Below are positions 56,876 through 61,851 of a stretch of 61,851 bases of DNA, piece by piece. Origin of the DNA: a virus (taxonomy: Duplodnaviria > Caudoviricetes); IMG/VR virus record IMGVR_UViG_3300014822_000022, positions 1-61,851 of that record. One strand, 5' to 3'. The notes beneath the pieces are model-generated. The model did no database searches. It had not been told where the DNA came from and saw only the letters and a list, made by a program, of their open reading frames with translations. A program made the position numbers and the translations under genes. Every line of letters begins with the position of its first letter. Positions within the stretch are counted from its first letter, which is position 1.

Positions 56876-57188
56876 TGTGGTTGGATACCCCGAGGTCAGG
56901 TTGTGTCCATTCAGAACAGAAGACCTGCTTTGCTCCCATCCTGAGCACCCCCATCCAGATGAAGCAAAGTGCCGGGTGTGCTTCTTCAATATCCTCTGGA
57001 TATACAGAAGAAGCCACAGGTCGGCCACCGCGTCTGAACTGACAGATGGCGCCATGGCGCTATGGAAGGCTGTGGATGCTGCGGGAGCTTAAAGCACATT
57101 GGGGCACGCTTTTTCTGGCGATTGCCGTATATTCGGTCGCATTAGCGCTGGTTATTGTTGCCGCAATAAAACTTGGATGGAGGCCAAA

Positions 57189-57383
57189 ATGGCTAGAGTG
57201 AAGACGAAGAAGAGGGAATACCAGTTGAATCGCGCTGAGCGCAGGCGCCTGAAAAGCAAGCGCGCTCAGAAGGACATGCAGATTCGACAGGAGGTGGCTA
57301 TCGCAACCATGCGAACCATCAACGACCTTCCGTTCTTCAAGCGGCTGGCTTTCTGTCTGAGTGCATTGTGTAAGCGCCTATGA
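57189..57383 (+). CDS. Small basic hypothetical protein
   Basis: RBS GGAGG; LNRAERRR. Confidence 0.5.
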   Translation: MARVKTKKREYQLNRAERRRLKSKRAQKDMQIRQEVAIATMRTINDLPFFKRLAFCLSALCKRL

Positions 57384-57607
57384 GGTATGTTGAGTGCGAA
57401 CTGAGCCCGCTGCTCGAAAGGGCCGGCATCAACAGGTCAGAACTGGCGAGACGCATGGGCGTCACAAGGGGCGCTGTCTCCAAGTGGAAAGGCAGAATTC
57501 CAGCGTATGCATACAGCTACCTTGTGTTGCTCATTGCACACAATAAGTTGCTGGTCGATACTGGTACATGTACCATTGAGGGATGTCATCGACGGAGAAG
57601 CAGCTAG
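57380..57607 (+). CDS. XRE/Cro-like HTH protein
   Basis: GINRSELARRMGVTRGAVSKW...PAY; similar to domains of 47105 gene. Confidence 0.7.
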   Translation: MRYVECELSPLLERAGINRSELARRMGVTRGAVSKWKGRIPAYAYSYLVLLIAHNKLLVDTGTCTIEGCHRRRSS

Positions 57608-59013
57608 CCGAAGACATCGCCGACTTTTACGCAGACCCGCTCGGGTTTGTCATGTACGTTTTTCCTTGGCAACAGGAAGGCGGACCGCTCGAACATCAGA
57701 CAGGCCCCGACGACTGGCAGGTTGACATATTAACCGAGATTGGGAGGGGGGTCGAAAGCGGCGACCTCGAATCAGCGTTGCGTGTGGCCGTATCGTCTGG
57801 CCACGGTATCGGAAAGAGTGCCCTTGTTGCGTGGATTATTCTCTGGTTCATCTCAACGCGCCCACATCCGCAAATCGTGGTGACAGCAAACACCCAAGGT
57901 CAGTTGTCCACAAAGACATGGCGAGAGCTTGCTAAATGGCACCGACTGGCAATCAATCGCTCGTGGTTCCAATGGACCGCCACGAAGTTCTACCTCAAAG
58001 AAGAGCCAGAGACATGGTATGCATCGGCTATTCCATGGAGTGAGAAGAACTCGGAGGCGTTCGCCGGCACGCATGAAGAGCACGTCATGGTTATCTTCGA
58101 CGAGGCGAGCGCTATCGCAGACTGTATATGGGAGGTTTGCGAAGGCGCCATGACAACGCCCGGCGCTATGTGGTTGTGCTTCGGGAATCCAACAAGGAAC
58201 ACCGGCCGCTTCCATGACTGCTTCACGGAGCAGGCCCATCGGTGGATTACTCGCCATATTGACTCCAGAACAGCCAAAATGGCCAACAAGAAGCAGCTGC
58301 AAGAGTGGGTTGAGGATTACGGCGAAGACTCCGATTTTGTTCGCGTCCGTGTTCGCGGCGTGTTTCCTCGCGCCGGCTCCAATCAGTTTGTACCTTCTGA
58401 TGTTGTTGAGAACTGTGCGAGATACAAGGCGGAGGGATTCGAGAACGAACCCCTTGTCTTTGGCTGCGACGTGGCAAGATATGGCGACAACAAGTGCGTT
58501 ATCGCAAAGCGGCGCGGGCGTAAACTCATTGAGATGAAGAAATGGCTCGGAATATCCACCATGGAGTTTGCAACCCATATCTCAAGGGAGATTCTGTCGG
58601 ACGCACCAGATGCGGTGTTTATCGACGGAGCGGGTGTTGGCGGCGGTGTTATCGACAGGCTTGACCAGCTTGGCTTCAATGTCATTGAGGTGCAGGCTGG
58701 TGGTTCGCCAGAGGATGATGACAGGTACACAAACAAGCGAACAGAGTGCTGGTCACGGATGAAGGAGTGGCTGTCGAAAGGTGCAGAGATTGGAGATGAT
58801 AAAGACCTCCAGCGCGGCCTTGTAGGCCCCGAATACTATTTCAACGCGCAGAACAAGATTCAGCTTGAAAGGAAGGAGGATATGAAGGCAAGAGGCTTGG
58901 AGTCTCCAGACGAGGCCGATGCATTGGCTCTCACTTTTGCCGAACGTGTGTTATCATTCGCCAAATCGACGTTGCGCACACGACAGCAGAATCGCGGCTG
59001 GAGAGTTGTGTAG
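57583..59013 (+). CDS. Terminase large subunit
   Basis: SGHGIGKS Walker A, IFDEAS Walker B, GNPTR, GCDVARYG, SPDEADAL nuclease motifs. Confidence 0.95.
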   Translation: MSSTEKQLAEDIADFYADPLGFVMYVFPWQQEGGPLEHQTGPDDWQVDILTEIGRGVESGDLESALRVAVSSGHGIGKSALVAWIILWFISTRPHPQIVVTANTQGQLSTKTWRELAKWHRLAINRSWFQWTATKFYLKEEPETWYASAIPWSEKNSEAFAGTHEEHVMVIFDEASAIADCIWEVCEGAMTTPGAMWLCFGNPTRNTGRFHDCFTEQAHRWITRHIDSRTAKMANKKQLQEWVEDYGEDSDFVRVRVRGVFPRAGSNQFVPSDVVENCARYKAEGFENEPLVFGCDVARYGDNKCVIAKRRGRKLIEMKKWLGISTMEFATHISREILSDAPDAVFIDGAGVGGGVIDRLDQLGFNVIEVQAGGSPEDDDRYTNKRTECWSRMKEWLSKGAEIGDDKDLQRGLVGPEYYFNAQNKIQLERKEDMKARGLESPDEADALALTFAERVLSFAKSTLRTRQQNRGWRVV

Positions 59014-59022
59014 GAGGGATAA

Positions 59023-61224
59023 ATGGCAGGGTTCGAAAAGGGAGGCACAAAGAGCGCGCACGAGCCGGGGGTGATGGATGAAATGCCCGGTCGGCCAGAT
59101 GGCGGAATAGCCGAAAAGCACGAGGCCAACAGCGAAGAGCAGTCCATTGTTGAAAAGGTAAGGATGTTCTGGAATGAGGCCAGAATACGTCAGGCGGATG
59201 CCAGATATGAAATGGCGCTCGATGAAGATTTTTACGATGGGCTCCAGTGGTCACGAGAAGATGAACTGATTTTGCGTGAGCGTGGGCAGAGCCCTCTAGT
59301 CATCAATGAAATCAAGCCAACAGTGGACTGGATTCTCGGAACAGAGAAGCGCACGAAAATCGACTACAAGGTACTCCCGAGAAAGAACATACGCGAACAC
59401 ATCATTGCCGCAGCCGCCAAGTCGCAACTGTTGAAATATGTACAGGATGTCTCCTACGGGCAGATTGAGAACTCCGATGCATTCAAGGAATGCGTTGTGG
59501 CCGGCCTTGGCTGGCTGGAGATTGGCATTCGTGGCGACTCCACCGATGACCCGGTTTTCATGCGACACGAAAGCTGGCGAAACATCTGGTGGGATTATCG
59601 TTCGAAGACCAAGACGCTGGATGACTGCCGCTATGTCATTCGGGCGAAGTGGCTCGATTTGGATATTGCGAAGGCGATTTTTCCAGACCACAAGGAATCC
59701 CTTGAGCTTGCTGCAAGGAACTTTGATGCTGTGGCCGAGGATGAAATCGAATTCGCCACTCAGTCGCAAAACATAGACGGCACGGCGGTATCGGCATCAT
59801 GGACAACCCCTGTCTTTGCTGACGACTTCAATGTGGTGGACAACAGGCGCAAGATTGTTCGGGTTATCGAGTGCTGGTACAAGGAGCCAACGAAGACAAG
59901 GGTTATTCGTGGCGGATACTTTGACGGGGTTGACGAGGATAAGGCCGACCCCGACTTGCTGAAATACGAGATTGATTCAGGTGTGGCGTCATTGACGGAC
60001 ACCATCGGTATGCGCGTCAAATTCGCAACCATCACCGGAAACATCCTTCTTCACGCCGACAACTCACCATATTTCCACAACCGATTCCCATTCATCCCGC
60101 TGTTCTGCTATCGGCGCGCACGGGACGGGGCGCCGTATGGCGTTGTCCGCAACATTCGTGGCGTGCAGGAAGATTTGAACAAGCGTCGGTCCAAGGCGCT
60201 GCATATCCTGTCCACCAGAGGCATCATTGCAGATGTCGATGCCGCCAGCGTAAGCGGATGGAAGGCCATCGAGGATGAGCGGAATCGCCCCGACTACCTG
60301 ATTAAACTGGACGGCCGCAGAGGCGCGAGATTTGAAATCAACGAGGACAACGCCTTGGCGCATGAGCACGTTGTTCTCATTGAGCAGGATAAAGAGGCCA
60401 TTCGTGAGGTTGGCGGGGTCACAAACGAAAATCTTGGGCAGGACTCCAACGCCATTTCCGGCAAGGCGGTTCTCGCCAAGCAGAACCAAGGCTCTGTGGT
60501 CACGGCTGAGATTTTTGACAACTTCCGCTTTTCTCAGCAGCTTCAAGGTGAGGTTTTGCTTTCCCTTATCGAGCAGTTCTACACCGAAGAGAAGACCATT
60601 CGAATCGCCGGCGAGCGCGGCCGATATACTCACACGACAATCAACCGCGTTGAGCCGGACGGCAGCGTCATCAATGATACCACCACGGCTAAGTCTGATT
60701 TCGTCATTTCCGAGCAGGATTACCGCGAGTCGCTGAGGCAATCCATGTTCGAGACGCTTTCGGATATGCTCACCAAGCTCTCGCCAGATGTTGCATTCAA
60801 TCTGCTTGACCTCGTGATTGATATGAGTGACATCCCCGGGAAGAGCGATATTGTCGAGCGAATCCGCAAGCTCAACGGGCAGCGTCCGCCGTCTGATGAT
60901 TCCAGCGTCGATATTACCGACAGACATGAGATGTCACCGGAAGAGAGAGCGGATGCCGAAGCCGAGCAGAGACAAGCTGAGCTTGAGGCAAGAATGCAGC
61001 AGCTTGAACTTGCACTCAAGGAGGCCGGCGTGCGCAAGGAGATGGCAGACGCCATTCTCCGCGAAGCCAAGGCAGAAACCGAGCGGGCAAAGGCAAGGAA
61101 GACAAAGACCGATGCTCGTGTCACCGAGCAGTCTCACAATATCAACATGGGCGAAAAGCTCGGCATTGTGAAACCTGCAACAAGCAGCGATGGCGACAGC
61201 CATAAACCAGAGAAAAGGGGATAA
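59023..61224 (+). CDS. Portal protein, P22-like
   Basis: FYDGLQW, INEIKPTVD, FPFIP, PYGVVR, QEDLNKRRS, NAISGKA motifs; follows TerL. Confidence 0.9.
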   Translation: MAGFEKGGTKSAHEPGVMDEMPGRPDGGIAEKHEANSEEQSIVEKVRMFWNEARIRQADARYEMALDEDFYDGLQWSREDELILRERGQSPLVINEIKPTVDWILGTEKRTKIDYKVLPRKNIREHIIAAAAKSQLLKYVQDVSYGQIENSDAFKECVVAGLGWLEIGIRGDSTDDPVFMRHESWRNIWWDYRSKTKTLDDCRYVIRAKWLDLDIAKAIFPDHKESLELAARNFDAVAEDEIEFATQSQNIDGTAVSASWTTPVFADDFNVVDNRRKIVRVIECWYKEPTKTRVIRGGYFDGVDEDKADPDLLKYEIDSGVASLTDTIGMRVKFATITGNILLHADNSPYFHNRFPFIPLFCYRRARDGAPYGVVRNIRGVQEDLNKRRSKALHILSTRGIIADVDAASVSGWKAIEDERNRPDYLIKLDGRRGARFEINEDNALAHEHVVLIEQDKEAIREVGGVTNENLGQDSNAISGKAVLAKQNQGSVVTAEIFDNFRFSQQLQGEVLLSLIEQFYTEEKTIRIAGERGRYTHTTINRVEPDGSVINDTTTAKSDFVISEQDYRESLRQSMFETLSDMLTKLSPDVAFNLLDLVIDMSDIPGKSDIVERIRKLNGQRPPSDDSSVDITDRHEMSPEERADAEAEQRQAELEARMQQLELALKEAGVRKEMADAILREAKAETERAKARKTKTDARVTEQSHNINMGEKLGIVKPATSSDGDSHKPEKRG

Positions 61225-61227
61225 ACC

Positions 61228-61851
61228 ATGTCAGATGAAGCGCAAGCATTGAGCACAAACAGGGTCGCAAGGGTGGACCTTGACGACAGCTTCTCGGAAG
61301 AGGATTTCTCTCTCCTGTCCGAAGAAGAGCGTAAGGCTCTCGAAGAGAACGTGGAGGAAGATGCCAAGGTTGTGGATAACCAAGACTCCGACGAAGGCAA
61401 TGCCGGCGATGGCCGCACCGATGAAGAAGGCACCGATGAAGAAGGCACCGATGAAGAAGGCGCCGATGAAGAGGGCGCCGGCGAAGAGGGCGCCGGCGAA
61501 GAGGGCTCTGACAAAGAGGATTCCGACACTTCGAAGGCCAAGTCGCCGGAAATCAAGGATGTTGTGGAGGCGAAGACTGACTCCTTCACGCCGCAGCTTC
61601 CCGAGGATTTCGTCGAGAACTACGAGGAAAAAATCGCCGAACTGGCAGCCAAGTACGAAGACGGCGAGATTGACCTAGCCGAGTACACAAAGGCCACTCA
61701 GGCGCTTGCAACTCAGCAGGCACTCGCAGAATCCAATCGCAAGACAAACGAGATGCTTGCGGCTCAGCGATGGGAGGCCGACAAGGCCGCGTTCTTTGAG
61801 CTCAACCCGCAGTTCAAGGAAGAGGTCAACCCTGACATGTTCGATGCTCTC
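61228..61851 (+). CDS. N-terminal part of probable scaffolding protein (joins 19-354; about 319 aa in total)
   Basis: ATG at 61228, open to the window end, in frame with GAC-ATG at 1; very acidic. Confidence 0.75.
   Translation, partial: MSDEAQALSTNRVARVDLDDSFSEEDFSLLSEEERKALEENVEEDAKVVDNQDSDEGNAGDGRTDEEGTDEEGTDEEGADEEGAGEEGAGEEGSDKEDSDTSKAKSPEIKDVVEAKTDSFTPQLPEDFVENYEEKIAELAAKYEDGEIDLAEYTKATQALATQQALAESNRKTNEMLAAQRWEADKAAFFELNPQFKEEVNPDMFDAL
61415..61506 (+). repeat. 15-bp coding tandem repeat (GTDEE/GAGEE x6)
   Basis: gcaccgatgaagaag units drifting to gcgccggcgaagagg. Confidence 0.9.
61834..61851. repeat. 18-bp terminal direct repeat (right copy)
   Basis: Identical to 1-18. Confidence 0.95.

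Noticed and set aside
61415-61506. 15-bp tandem repeat as a regulatory array, and the alternative-frame ORF 61280-61678
   Set aside because: Explained by acidic GTDEE repeats of the scaffold frame starting at 61228, which the ORF track misses because it runs off the end

Overview
The window looks like a complete, circularly assembled genome of a tailed dsDNA phage. Bases 61834-61851 repeat bases 1-18, and one ORF reads in frame across the junction. The + strand late module runs: terminase large subunit, P22-like portal, scaffold, CsrA-like protein, N4-gp56-type major capsid, adaptor and nozzle, ejection proteins, a 4894-aa DarB-like polyvalent protein, a fibre/decoration block containing a TPR-sulfotransferase, two tail fibres, and an M15-peptidase lysis cassette. 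A - strand recombination module encodes RecT, a YqaJ exonuclease and SSB. A divergent + strand replication module encodes an Hfq/Sm-like protein, an initiator with iterons and DnaB. A - strand cluster of small early genes lies behind a consensus sigma70 promoter. The terminase small subunit sits about 5 kb from the large subunit, and that interval holds MazG and an atypical tRNA(CAU). The layout recalls Bcep22-like podophages (from memory, not from a search). I saw no integrase, DNA polymerase, reverse transcriptase or CRISPR array. The best leads are: (1) the sulfotransferase beside a protein of about 30 24-aa repeats, most carrying a GxYTPP-type tyrosine, which may be a virion-sulfation system; (2) a seemingly leaderless, non-canonical tRNA(CAU) with its own promoter; (3) two host-type RNA-binding folds (Hfq-like and CsrA-like), each next to a structured leader; (4) a degenerate methyltransferase in the giant protein alongside apparent restriction-site avoidance. 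All family assignments come from motif recognition by eye and need profile searches.
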